Assembly: GCA_951406725.2 (NCBI GenBank)
Contig: OX597827.1
Span: forward strand, 23,436,001 to 23,500,000
DNA from: Octopus vulgaris
Lineage: Eukaryota
DNA length: 64,000 bases
Direction: 5' to 3'
The number at the start of each line of letters is the position of its first letter. Positions within the stretch are counted from its first letter, which is position 1. A program made the position numbers and the translations under genes. The notes below the pieces were generated by a model. It made no database searches. It was not told the origin of the DNA and was given only the letters and a program-made list of their open reading frames with translations. This document shows positions 24,140-37,866 of the stretch, in pieces.

Positions 24140-27100
24140 AGCTCTACTAAGTGTTTTCTTTATTGAGAATCTCATTTATTGTCTCTCTCTCTCCCTCTCT
24201 CCGTCTCTTTCTTTCTCTCTCTCCCTCTCTCTCTTTCTTTCTTTCTTTCTCCCCCCCTCTCTCTCCGGCCAAGGTGACGAGCTGCGAGAAAGCGCGATTC
24301 ACAGGCGGCGACCACACCTGTTCACCGTCGTCTATGAAGCGTCGGAGATATCGCAGTCTCAGCGCATGCCTGCGGATCATCAACCAAGGCATGCCTAGCC
24401 CTCCATTTAGCGGGTGTTGACAGAAAATGGATCGCCTGACTATCGGAACGCTTCCCTTCCACAGGAAGCGGAAGAGTATGCGTTCCACTTTGGTGATGGT
24501 AGGATCGGGACAAGGCACGACGGTCAGACGGAAATCGATGACGGATGCGATGTACGCGTTCGCCACCTCCGCCCGACCTTTTAGGGATAGCTTCCTCTCG
24601 GCCCATTGCTGGATGTGAGTGGCCAACCTAGTCGTTATCTCGCCCCAGTCCTTTTCCATTTGGAAGTCCGGACCGAACTAGACTCCGAGCAATTTAACCG
24701 GTCCATCGGTCCAGCGTCACACGGTGGAGACGCTATTGGACGGCATGGGCTTGCTTCTCCAGGTGCCGAGTCGCAAGCCCACTGAATTTTCCCGGTTAAT
24801 TTTGGCTCCCGTTACCGCTTCATATTATTTTAGTGTCTCGCCGACCAGGTCGATGTGCTTGTGGCTCGACACTCTGATGATGACGCGTATGTAGACACGC
24901 TTGTCCCGCATCCCAGCTCTCGTGGGAGGCAGCTTCCGCAGTAGTGGCTCAAGAGTCAATAAATATAGAAGTAACGAGAGGGGGCATCCTTGACGAACCG
25001 AACGCATGATGTTAAATGGTCTGGATAGATGACCATTTACGCGAACTACCGAGTGGATGCAGCGATCCAACCGCGGAAGATGGGACCGAACCAGCCGCTT
25101 TACGGACAGCCTCCACGTAGTGATGGTCTACCCTATCGAAAGCTTTTGATTGATCCAAATTGATCAGCCCCCTCCCACCCACCCATGCCAGGATCCTTAA
25201 CTACCCTGTCTATGGTGTAGCGCATCGGATGGAGGTTGTCATGGATATTCCTACCAGCACGGCGCACGTTTGCGTCTTGTCGACTAGTTTCTTGATGACA
25301 AGCACCAATCTCTCGGCTAACACCTTGGTCAAAATTTTCAAATCTGCATTGAGCAGAGTGATGGGCCTGAAGTTATCTATGACGTTCCCCTTGTTTGGAT
25401 CTTTAGCAGATCCACTGTCCCTTGCTTTACAAAGACAGGGATACTCCCTTTTTGCTGCCAGTGGCAATAGATAGCTGCCAAGACGTCTCCAAACAAGTCT
25501 GGCATATGACAATAAAGTTCGTAGGGCAGACCATCCAAGCCTGGTGACTTGTCTCTCGTGCAGCCTGCCATCGCATCCCGTACGTCCGCGGCTGTGATGA
25601 GTCTTTCACAACACTCCGCCTCTCATGCGTGGCAGGCCATGCAGGTAGGCACTAAAATCCACTCTGCGTTCTGACCCACAAGTTGTCCCAAACAGCCGGG
25701 CAAAGTGTTGTTGAAAGGCCTCACACATCCTTTCAGGCTCGAGTAATTCGCGTCCCTTTTCATCAATAAGTAACCTAATGGTGGCTCTGTTGCCTCGTTG
25801 CGCTTCTGCCACTCGGACCTCTCGGGCGGCTTCCAACTCCTTCGTTCCTCAGAGCGCGCATCCTAGCTCTGACAACGCATCCTTCGTGTTTGGCGTTGAA
25901 GTGTTGGTCGAGGGCTAACCTCGCTGCCAGTACGTTGAACGTGATGCCAGTTCTAAGTGCCTCTTCTAATTTCTTAACTAGGTCTCCCTCTAGTCTATTT
26001 CGGTCTAATGCTAAGGCCTTATTGTACCTAACCGATTCTGCTTTAATTGCTTTCTTTAGAGCATACCACCATCTGTTGTTGATGATGGCACCCGTCAATG
26101 CTCTCTTAACTAATGTGCTAATCCGGTCCCTGTAAGCCCGGCGTGCCGTGTACGACGCGTTCAGCTTCCAGTAACTGGTAAACTGCCTATGTATCTTATC
26201 TAAATCAAGTGTACAAGTCACAAATTTGTGGTCTGTGTAGCTGACTATATGGAATTGTGGACAGCCTACACTATCCTTATCCACTGCCATACAGAATACT
26301 CTATCTAAGTACGATCTAGACGACCCGATGCGGTTGCTCCATGTCCACATTGGCACATTCGTGTGGTCCAGTCGATACCTGTCAGACAGTTGGAAACGTC
26401 TGAGCAGGTCTTTGAGGTATTTGCATCCCCTCCTGTTACTATCTCTGCCCACATAGTCTAGATGCATGTCCAAGGTAGCGTTTCAATCCCCCACTAAAAG
26501 TAAAGGTCGAGACGTTCCCAGGAAAACCTCTAGACGTCTAAAGGACGGAGCATAAACTGTTATCAGTCGAAAAGCACACTCATTGCTGCCATCGACGTCC
26601 AAGACGACCTCCGGGTCTAGGAAAATTGTTCTTACTTTGAGGACCAGACTCTTCCGAAGAAGCACCGCGGTGCCACCTTCGCCCATTCTCGGCAGACACG
26701 GAGAAAAATAAATGTCGAAATGTGCGCCGAACATGTGCTGGAGTGCCTGCGGTCTGTGGAGTCTGATCTCACTGATGACTATGATATGCAGATTTTGTGA
26801 TTTGCTGTCGTTTAACAGGTAGCTTTGTTTCCGAGGCGACCCCAAGCCTCGTACATTTGTACTGTCTATTCTGAGCATGTTCCTATCGAAAGTTGTGTTT
26901 TACACATGAAAGGAAGACGAAAGAGAAAGAGAGAGACAGAGTCACTTACTGTCCGAAAGTTCTTTGTTCACCTCACAGTTTTCTCCCAGAAGGTTTTTGT
27001 ATAGGTTTTTCGACAGGTATTTTTGAAATCTCCCAACTGCATCAGGGTAGAGAGATTTCAGGGTGCTGTGTGTGTTCTGTGTTATGTGTATTATTTCAAT

Positions 27101-28811
27101 GTGTTGTGGTGGTGTTCTGTGTGGGTGATTCTTTGTTTTGGTGCCATTTTCTGTTATATTGGTGTTTGACCTAATGTATTCCATTAGGTCTGTATCGTTG
27201 ATGTTTATGGCTGTCAACATTGTTGCGGGGTTTGGTGTTAGTGTGTTTGTGTTGATGCTTTTGTTTTCTGCAGGTGTTTTGGTATCGGGAGTAGTAAACC
27301 TCCCTGCTTTGTTTGTCTGCTTCTCTAGTCTCTCCCCCCTTTTTTTTTCTCCTTCTCCCTGTGGCCACTTGCCAATCCTCCGTGTAGTCTTCATCTGACG
27401 ACATGTCGGAGGAATCAGAAGGTGGGAGGGGAAGTATATTGGGGTCTATTTCTGAGTGTGTTGACTTTGTTGTTGGTGTTGGTGCTGGTTGGTGACAGTT
27501 GGGGTGTGGTGTATGGGTTTTGCGGGTTGAGGTATGAGTCTTTTTTGTTTTCTCTTCCTCCTTTGAAGTTGTTGTTATTGTTGATGGTGGTGGTGGTGAT
27601 GATGGTGTTCTTTCTGTTCTTGGTGACGCTGGTGGTGGTGTTGTTTGGTTGGGCTGACTTGTTGGTTGCTGATGTTCCTTCATTTGTTTGTAGAGCTGTT
27701 TAATTAGTTGTGCATATGACGGTGTGGGTAGCAGTGCTGGTTTTTAATCGGTTTTTGGTTTTCTTTGGTTTTCTTCTGGTTGTTGTTGTTTTCTGTGATC
27801 TTGTTCACGTTGCTGTTGTTGTTGTTGTTGTTGTTTCTGCAAGAGTGCAACGTGGCTTTCTGCCTTCAACGGCCACTTGTAAATTCGAATCTTCTCTCAA
27901 TTGGATTCGATGTGGAATTTTTTCGAAAATTATCGGATTAATTTGAAAAAGAATTTGGATTTCTTGGCCAATCCAGTTTTGCTGGTCCACGACACCGATT
28001 TCCAAGATATGGATTTCGTCCTCGATGTCATAGCAAATGGCAGGCACGAGCCATTTTACTTCTATTTCAGGAGGCACATTCTTTATTATAATTTTTATGA
28101 CCCTACGACCAAGATATGTAGGGATCATAAATAATTTTTCAAATTGGAAGGACTTTGTGAAGAGGTCCTTGGCTCTTTCTTCACTGTCGAATCGAACTTC
28201 GGTCGTGGCAAATCTGTTTCTCCTCGTGATGTATAGGCCTTCAACACTTCTTGAGTGGCCTTTCCGTATAGCCTTGTTTTTAGGTTGAGTGTCCTGTAAA
28301 TAAATGGGTTTTTTTCGATTTTTTCCGTGATGCTTTGTGGTGTCTGTAGTTGCATGCTGAGGTCGTCTTTTTGAAACATTGCTTTACAGGCGAGCAGTTC
28401 TTTAACTTTAAAGCTGCGGTAAAATTGTTTTCAGTATTCGTGTTGGGTGTGGCGGTGATGGCGGTAGTGGTGGTTGCAGTGGTGGAGCCAGTGGTTATAG
28501 TAGCAGAAGCATTCGTGCCTTCTAAGGCCTGTGTGCGTTCACGCGGAATGGCTTTGCTTTCATCTTCCTTCGCCTCTAGCATTGGTAGGAGCGGGAAGTC
28601 GGCCTCATGGTTTTGTTTAGCCATATTTCTTTAGAAATATGTTAAGGAAATCGAAGAAAATAGAAATGTAAATGGGTTTGAAATTGCCCCTAGGGGTCAA
28701 TTCTTCCCTTGAAAACACACTCAAACAAAAGCTGAATGCTTTACACACCTTGTGTGCAAAAATTGCAACAAAAGGCAGAAAAAAAGGGTTTACCTGCGGA
28801 GCCGATGCGAC
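24140..28811 (-). mobile_element. Tx1/L1-clade LINE, frameshifted, with ORF1 and ORF2 (APE endonuclease + RT); C-terminal part deleted
   Basis: ORF1 fragments run from 28624 to ~26940. ORF2 starts at ~26878 (MLRIDSTNVRGL; LLLVGD; WTW...SYLDR; TDHK; YWKLNAS) and continues with KSPGLDGLPYELY, NFRPITLLNADLKILTKVLA, SVRQGCPLS, LSLKGRAEVAN and GGLGMP. Confidence 0.93.
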
Positions 28812-29154
28812 ATCATGATAGATAGATAGATGTATATGAATTCCAGACATCTACTTTGTTTTGTTGTTAAGATACTCCTGTCACAACCTTGAGCTCCCGA
28901 GTTCAATCCTATTGCGCGGCACATTGAGTATGTGTCATCCAGTAAAATTATGTATATCCTAAAAACCTTGGTCGGCATAAAAACACATAACTACTTTTTA
29001 TCAAAATATGTATGTAGAAACTGACGTTAAAAAAAACATCCATTTTTCTGAAAGTTATGAGGGGACGAAGTAGACTCGGGTGGATAATCGGAAACTCATC
29101 TCACCCCCTCCGAGTGACAGCACACCCGGGTAGGCACCTGTGTCCTATCCTTTT

Positions 29155-29330
29155 ATCTTTAAACTTATACTTGTTTCAGTCAATAGACTGTGCCCATGCT
29201 GGGGCATCGCCTTGAGAAACTTTTTTTAGGTCTGCTTTTTATTCTATCGGTCTATTTTGTCGAACCGCTAACGTTAGAGGGATGTAAGCAGACTAACGTC
29301 GGTTGTCAAGCTGTGGTGGGGACAAACACA
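29155..29330 (-). mobile_element. SINE family A 3' half
   Basis: Reverse complement of the family A 3' region. Confidence 0.7.
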
Positions 29331-29624
29331 CACACACAAGCACACAAGCACACAAGCACACATAGACACACACAAACACATACAGACAAACAGAAACACA
29401 CACGTGCGCGCGCAAAACCACAACTATATAGCTTTGATAACGGATATATCTTGGTATATATGACTGTATCAGTCTCTCTCTGGATGTAAGTGTATATGTA
29501 TGTACGTATGGATAGAGATGGAGATAGAGAGAGAGAGAGAGAGAGAAAAATAGAAAGAGAGAGGTATATATATGTATATATATATATATACGTACATATA
29601 TATATGTATATAAGCATATATGCG

Positions 29625-29672
<48 letters not shown>

Positions 29673-29760
29673 TTACCAAGAAAACAATATCAACATGTAT
29701 GTATATATATATATATAACATAAACATATATATATGTGTGAGTATGTATGTGTGTATAAA

Positions 29761-29808
<48 letters not shown>

Positions 29809-29910
29809 TATATATATAAGTATTATGTGCATGTATGTCTGTATGTGCGTATGTATATCCCTCTTTATGTATATGTATGTTTATCTGCTGTGTACATATA
29901 TGCACACACA

Positions 29911-29982
<72 letters not shown>

Positions 29983-30413
29983 CATACATATACATATATA
30001 TAGACGTGCTGCACACACGTGAATCTGTATGGGACACAGATAGGGAGAATGGTGGAAAGAAAACTCGTGAGTGTGCGGGAGATGAAGGATTGTACTATGT
30101 TTAGTATTTCCAGATGAAAGAATCGCGTTATGGATGAGTGATTACGTCATCGAATTCCTGGCTAATGCCAAAGATGGTAGAGCGTTAACGCTTTCGGCAA
30201 AACATTTCACTTTAAATTCAATATTAATTAACCGATCTTTAAATATCGATGTGGCAAAACCTGTATTTGCGTCTGTGAGTCTGTGTGTCTCTGTATTTAC
30301 CTTTGGCATGTATGCGTGGAATAAAAGTGTGTACATGTGTAGTTACGTACTAGTGTATATGTGTTCATATGTGAATGTGTATGTGTGAATGTGTATGTGT
30401 GTGTGTATATGTG

Positions 30414-30449
<36 letters not shown>

Positions 30450-30658
30450 AGTTGTGTTTATGTCTGTTGCTAACGTTATGGATCCTAAGTTAAGGCCTTC
30501 GTATAATCGAATGACAAAATCACATTACATTGGCCAAGTTCGGGACTCGCTTCCATTTCATAACCGAACCCTTTTGGGGAATATAATGAACACCACAACT
30601 TTTTATTTCATTACTAGTCTATGTAATCTGATCTATGTGTGTGTGTGTGTTTGTCTAT

Positions 30659-31095
<437 letters not shown>

Positions 31096-31103
31096 ACTTG
31101 ATC

Positions 31104-31177
31104 AGATTTGCATGAAAAGTGCGCTCTCACATTGTGCGCATTGGCACAATGTGAGAGTGCATCTTTGATGCAAGTCT
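31104..31177. other. 74-nt near-perfect hairpin (~34-bp stem, 6-nt loop)
   Basis: AGATTTGCATGAAAAGTGCGCTCTCACATTGTGC gcattg GCACAATGTGAGAGTGCATCTTTGATGCAAGTCT. Confidence 0.8.
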
Positions 31178-31675
31178 AAGAAACTAATACTAATGTTTAA
31201 AGTTGCAAATATGGTGGAAATCTTCGCTTTGACCTTTTTTCGTAAACTGGCGTTGAAATCAGAGTTGGTACCGAAACAACTGTAACGGGTCGTTGAAGAT
31301 GCATTAAAGTATTTCTTTTTATCTTATTGTTAGGATTACGTTTTTACTCTTCGCTAAACTCACGCAGAAATCTGGATTTTCTACACTTGAAGAACATAGC
31401 TACGATTCCGGAAGTGTAGAAAGCCTAACCGCTCGAGTTGCGTGCTACATTGAAAATATATACTCTTTTTACCCTCCCAGGATCTTATATATACATACAT
31501 ACATACATATATATATATACATATATATACATACATAAATATATGTATATATGTATGTATATGTGTATTTATATATATATGTATGTATATGTGTATTTAT
31601 ATATATGTATGTATATGTGTATATATATATATATGTATGTATATATGTATATATATATATATATATGTATATGTG

Positions 31676-31711
<36 letters not shown>

Positions 31712-32242
31712 TGTATGTGTATGTGTATGTATGTACATACTGAAAGAAAACGGGAGAGCATGTGTGTGTGTGTGTGTGTGGTTTGTGTATAGTGATGATA
31801 AAAGGCATCCCAGTCACAACCCCTTCGTTTTGTTTTAGGCTCACTGCTTACCGCCTCTACTTGGACTTCATTATCCAGCAGGCAATTCTTTTTCTGAAAG
31901 TATAAGTTTGCGATTTGAGGGCTATTGTTTACTACTTCTTGTAGGTACACAACCACGTGCAGGCTCCTTCGTTTATTTACAGAAAACTGAAGCCTACTCG
32001 AGTAAATCGAAATTATGGAAAGGAAATTATGTTTTTGAGAAATATATCAGTGTTTAAAGAAATATATAATCCTTTGAGAGAAATATGTTCAGAGAAACAG
32101 ATTTATGTTTTGAGAAATTTATATATATATTTGGAGAAATAGATTTATGCTTTGCAAAATATATTTAACAAAATATATTTAACAATAAGCTATTTAAGAA
32201 ACACACAAAAACCGTTAGATTCACTTCAACATTTAAATTTAA

Positions 32243-32293
32243 TTTGTCAAAATATTTTCGTCGCTTTGAACCCGCGACCTGTTCACTGACAAA
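32243..32293 (-). ncRNA. Hammerhead-like motif with G3-C8 covariant core (GUGAACA), copy 1
   Basis: Minus strand reads TTTGTCA-GTGAACA-g-GTCGC gggttcaaa GCGAC-GAAA-ATAT-TT^TGACAAA. Stem I has 7 bp, stem II has 5 bp, and stem III is the palindrome AAUAUU. Confidence 0.65.
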
Positions 32294-32402
32294 ATTCCGT
32301 GCAGTATCTGAGAAAGTAACAGTTAGTTCATGGTGTGTGTGTGTGTGTGTGTGTGTGTGTACATACATATATATCATGATCTAACAGGTCACAGCACGGA
32401 AT

Positions 32403-32455
32403 TTTGTCAGTGAACAGGTCGCGGTTTCAAAGTGACGAAAATATTTTGATACAAA
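32403..32455 (+). ncRNA. Hammerhead-like motif with G3-C8 covariant core, inverted copy 2
   Basis: Reads TTTGTCA-GTGAACA-g-GTCGC ggtttcaaa GTGAC-GAAA-ATAT-TT^TGAtaCAAA. The stem II change is a tolerated G-U pair. Confidence 0.6.
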
Positions 32456-33466
32456 TTAAATTTAAACATAGGGCCATAAATGGTAGAACCAGTAGAGTTT
32501 CAGATAAAATTGTGGTGGTGATGGATGTCGGAATCGGTGGCGCATTTCCATGTGATATTCTACGTTGCGTGTTCAAATCCTGCTGACGGTGACTTTAACT
32601 TTCATACTCGTCAGTTCGATAAAATAATGGTTTCTAAATCTAGTACAAGACCAGAAATTTTAGGGGAGGCTGTAAGTGGATTTACATCGATGGATATTTA
32701 TTTTAGCGTTCCCGAAAAGATGAAAGGCAAAGTCATCCTCGGCAGAATATGAACTCAGGACATAAAGAACCAGTGGAAATGCCATTGAGCATTTTGTCCA
32801 ACATGATAACGAGGTGGCGGTGGCGGTGATGGTGATGACGTGGTAGTGGTGGTAGTGATGACGTGCTGGTGGTGGTGGTGGTGGTGGTAATGGTGATAAC
32901 GTGGTGGTGATGACGTAGTGGTGATGGTGATAGGGATAACGTGGTGGTGGATGATGATGACCTGGTGGTGGTGGTGGTGGTGGTGGTGATAACGTGGTGG
33001 TGGTGGTGGTTTAGCCCTAGGTTAGCCCTAAACAAGCAGATCTGTGATCAAAGACAATCGACAACCCCAGTAAGATCCTTCTGTATTCTACGCAGACGCC
33101 CCTGGACCCACAACAATCAAGGACTCGCATTATTTAGTATAATCAGCATTTTGAGACGACAGAAGTTTGTTGCTGGTCGATTGGCTTCTACTTCTAGCAA
33201 CTCATGTGACCACGTAGAGACACCCCCTCCTTCCTCCGTGACGGTTGTCATTGTTCTTCTTAGATACATTAACAATATTCTTCCTATTCTTCTGATATTC
33301 CTGCTTTGGCTGCTACACTCGTTCGTTCTTCTTCTTGTTCTTCTCACTCATGTTATTGTTGTTGTTATTGCTGATGTTGGAGCAGGTTCTACAGATTACC
33401 ATTGTTCTTGCTGTTTGGATTTTGTCCTCGTTATTGTTGCTGTTGTTATTGTTGTTGCTGTTGTGG

Positions 33467-33498
<32 letters not shown>

Positions 33499-33944
33499 GC
33501 TGTTGTTGTTTGTTGTTGCCGCTAGGATTTTCCGTTTGATTATAATATATAAAACTATATTTCTGTGGATCCTTTGAAGATATCATGGCTGTATGATCAG
33601 ACCTATGTTATTTCAAGTGTTTTTCTTGGTCGACCATTCAACAGCAATGGCGACGGCAAATAGCTTTTTATAAACCTCTTTCTATCACATTCTCCTCTAT
33701 AATATCCCACAACGTTTTTACACCTACACTAGCGCCTACACTTTCTCCACTTTCACACATGTATGCATGTATGCATGTGTGTGTGTGTGCTTGACAAAAA
33801 TAAATATGAATATAATACAATCACTTGTGTATCTATTTATAAATGTAAACATGCATGCATTTAGGTATATATATATATAGATGAAAACAAGCAGATATAT
33901 ACATTTACTTATTATATATATACATATATATATATATACATACA

Positions 33945-33996
<52 letters not shown>

Positions 33997-34010
33997 CATA
34001 CATACATACA

Positions 34011-34057
<47 letters not shown>

Positions 34058-34106
34058 TTCCTCTACATAATATCTTCATTCATTCTTTTGTTGTCATACC
34101 ATTACT

Positions 34107-34159
<53 letters not shown>

Positions 34160-34166
34160 TAATAAT

Positions 34167-34208
<42 letters not shown>

Positions 34209-34301
34209 CGGGAAGCTTTATGAAAATAAACAAAAGACGAAGGCAGGTGGAATACAAACAAACAATTATATTAATATGGCGCTCAGGAATATAAATAAAA
34301 C

Positions 34302-34341
34302 AAGTCTTTTACGTTTCGAGCCTACGCTCTTCAACAGAAAG
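34302..34341 (-). ncRNA. Hammerhead-like motif, CUGUUGA-core family, copy 2
   Basis: Exact reverse complement of 15461-15500, inside a ~155-bp island (34208-34362) between (TA)n tracts. Confidence 0.7.
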
Positions 34342-34358
34342 ATACACAGAAAAGAAAC

Positions 34359-34402
<44 letters not shown>

Positions 34403-34404
34403 TT

Positions 34405-34820
34405 TAGGCGTGGTTCTGTAGTAAGAAGCTTGCTTCTCAACCACATTGTTCCTGGTTCGGTCCCACTGCGTGGCACCTTGGGCAAGAGTCTTTTACAATA
34501 GCCCCGGGCCAAACAAAGCCTTGTGAGTGGATTTGGTAGGCGGAAACTGAAAGAAGCACGTCGTGTATATATATATGTGTGTGTGTGTGTGTGTGCATGT
34601 GTGTTTATGTATATGTTTGTGTGTCTGCGTTTCTCCAACCATCATCACTTGACAACCGATGTTGGTGTGTTCACGTCCCTGTAGCCTAGCGGTTCGGCAG
34701 AAGAGATCGATGAAATAAATGCCAGACTACCAAAAAAAAAAGTCCTGGGATCAATTCGCCCGACGAAAGCGATGCTCCGGCATGGTCGCACTCAAATGAC
34801 TGAAAAAAGTAAAAGAATAG
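34405..34820 (+). mobile_element. SINE family A copy
   Basis: Family A head, internal microsatellite and tail. Confidence 0.85.
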
Positions 34821-34890
34821 AAGAATAAATAAATAAATATATATATATATATGTAGAGAGAGAGAGAGAGAGAGGCAGACAGGGAAACAG

Positions 34891-34973
<83 letters not shown>

Positions 34974-35442
34974 CAAATAGCTAGCTAGATAGATAGATGT
35001 ACTCATGCATATATGTTTGAAACTATAGAGCATACGAACAAATTGTGGAATATATGTTTGCCATCTTTTTGTATACATTTAATGCATATAGAGTCGTCAA
35101 ATTTGTAAATGAGACATTCACGAACACACACACACTTACATACATGCACACATTTCGCAGATATATATATATATATATATATATATCTGTGTGTGTATGT
35201 GTGTGTACATACATTTATTACAAATGTTGTGCATACTTAAAATAATGTATGATATAGGTGCATATGAGCTTAGAGCTGTATGTACACACGCATAGATTGC
35301 AGATCTATGCACTTACAAGCACAGATGCAAGGGCACACACATCCATAAGCATATTTATACATACATACATACATACATACATACATACATACATACATAC
35401 ATACATACATACGTAGACACATACACAGATACATACATACAT

Positions 35443-35473
<31 letters not shown>

Positions 35474-35769
35474 TACATACATACATACATACACACATAC
35501 ACACACACATATACACATACATACATTAGTTAATCAAATACCAATGCATTCTTTATTCTTCAGTATATTTCCACAGGTACTTTTATGTTTTACACGTCCA
35601 GCTAATGACTTCAGGTAAATGTGTACATAGCAACAGTAACTATAACTAAGTAGTATTATTTAGTAGCCAAAGGGAGATAATTTGTTAAATTCTTGCAGCA
35701 GTATAAAAGACTTTGTGCCATTATTATTATTATGAAATCAAATTCAGTTCGAATTAATGTCACTGTCCA

Positions 35770-37130
35770 TTCAAATTTGATCTCAATAAAATCCTTTCTT
35801 TTCGCTCCTCTTTTTACTACACTTGTATCATGAAGTCAATAAAATACGGAAATATTGATCAGCTTTTATTGCGTTATGCTTACTAATGATGCTGCATTGG
35901 TTACATCCGTTATTAGGGTCCCCTACTTTGCTGCCGGTGTACTCGCATCCTTTCAGGTAATGAATTTTCAAACTGGCATTTGAAACAGAAAACCAGATTT
36001 CCGTTTTTACAGTTGAATTTTTCATTTTCAAATATTTTCTTCTTGTCTTTATGTCGATATTCTAACCAACACACATAAAGTGATATCTACCACAAAGACT
36101 GTCATCGCACACAAATATCATGAAGTTTTTGTCGCTGTTGTTTAAATCAAATCTTGTCTTTGTCAACGATTATTTCATTCTTTTCAGTTGTTGTTTAGTT
36201 TGAACAAGCGTTCAGTTGTTAAATAAATCCCTTCATTTATTTGCTTTGGTAATAGACAAATTTAATTTGGTGACGTTGAAAATATTCTGATGACGTCTCA
36301 CTACGAAAGATACTACTACGGGCCTTGTGTTCCTCTTTCTTGGATTGTGTGAAGATCTTTTAGGAGTCTTTGTTTTGCTCGTCTATACCATTTTGTATAA
36401 GTGGAGTTGATATAATTTTGTTGAAGCAGAAATCCTTAGGAGCTTGCCGTTTTCCCGGCCAGACAGTATGGAAAGCTATTGTTTTATATGCACTGGATGG
36501 CATGATTTAAAGTTCAGGTCCAGCTATATATCTGTATTTTTATTATATTTATCCGTTATGACGGCTGCAGTCGATTGGCTGAAACCAGCAAAACAAAAGT
36601 GGATACCCTGTAGTTTCCTATCTTCCATACTCGGGAAGTGAGTTCTGCTCTTTTTATCAATATAAACAGAAGTTTTGTAGTGTCGCCATTGTCACAAACT
36701 AGATTTGGTGTGTTTATCGTTTCAACATTCATTTGCAAATATCACAACTAGATATACCTCACCTCCCGGTTATAATCCAGATATATTTTGTATTTATGAG
36801 AAAAGACGGTCGAAATGAATCGATAGAGAGTTATTGTATTTGTTATTCTCAATAAATAACCGCCAGATCACGATACATGGCCATAACCTTTTGCTTAATT
36901 ATTGTATTAAACAATATTTTGCGTGAGTACTTAAGAATTGGTCACATGATATTAACTCTGTCTCTAAACCAGAGATTTTGAACCATTGTTATTTTTCCTA
37001 TTTGTTCCTTTTCTTTTTGTCCAGTCTTGCGGGATATCCACCATGCAGAGAAGATTTTTCTTACTAAAATGCCTTTTTTGTCTGTTAGTAGTCTTTGAAG
37101 TTCCATTTTGGTTTTACCTATTGTTTTTTC
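35770..37130 (-). mobile_element. Decayed Penelope-like element (RT C-terminal region + GIY-YIG endonuclease)
   Basis: Minus frames give TDKYNKNTD..LNFKSCHPVHIK../FPYCLA (~36455-36556, resembling the PLE TDIYxKPTDxxxYLxFxSCHP motif) and ERMRVHRQQ.RDP (~35915-35954, GIY-YIG helix). Many stops and frameshifts. Confidence 0.68.
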
Positions 37131-37210
37131 CGTTTTTTTTTTAAATATTTCTGTTAATTTGTCTAAATCTAAACAATTTCTCCTTCTAATTTATAGTGCA
37201 TTGTTTCCGA

Positions 37211-37253
<43 letters not shown>

Positions 37254-37659
37254 CCTCTTCGTGAGTGACGGCTGTTTTGTCGTTCATAGCTAGAGGGGGG
37301 TGAGTTGACAGTCAGTGTATGTTTTGAGAGGAAGTCTAAATATTTACCAAGGACCGCCATAACGTCAAGTCACGGTAACTTGGAGCTTCGTTAGTTTCAG
37401 GAGTTCTTTCATTGCTTATTATCCCCAACAATTTCCTTGGAGGAAAACTACTTCACTGCACTTACCTGGAATCAGAACTTAATGACTGAGGAATAAAATT
37501 ACATACGAACAAACGCACACACACACACACACACAGAGTTTTCGGACCTAACGTCCAGTCGAGTACCCCAAAAGTTGGTATAAGCTCAGGTACAATAAAC
37601 ACATTGTAGATAGTTCCGAGGACCATATTTTTTATATTCTTATTATATTGGTATCATAA

Positions 37660-37866
37660 TTTGGCACAAGGCCTGCAATTCTGAGTGAGGTAATAAATCG
37701 ATTACATCGACCCCCCAGTCTCCAAATAGCACTTATTTTATCGACCCCAAAAAAATGAAAGGCAAAGTCGACCGCAGCGGAATTCAAACTCAGAACGTAA
37801 AGACGGACGAAATGCTGCTTAGCATTTTGTCCGGCGTGCTGGTGATTCTGCCATCTCGCCGCCTTA
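37660..37866 (-). mobile_element. SINE family B copy
   Basis: Reverse complement of the family B consensus. Confidence 0.85.

Noticed and set aside
30114-30176. Possible upstream exon (MSDYVIEFLANAKDG) in phase with the decarboxylase exon
   Set aside because: Weak donor (GTAGAG) and no match to the expected HDC/DDC N-terminus. Similar chance phase-1 donors exist at ~13474 and ~35614.
31250-31300. GAAAC AACT GTA followed by TTGAAGA (possible permuted hammerhead)
   Set aside because: Stems I and II cannot both be formed with a complete core.
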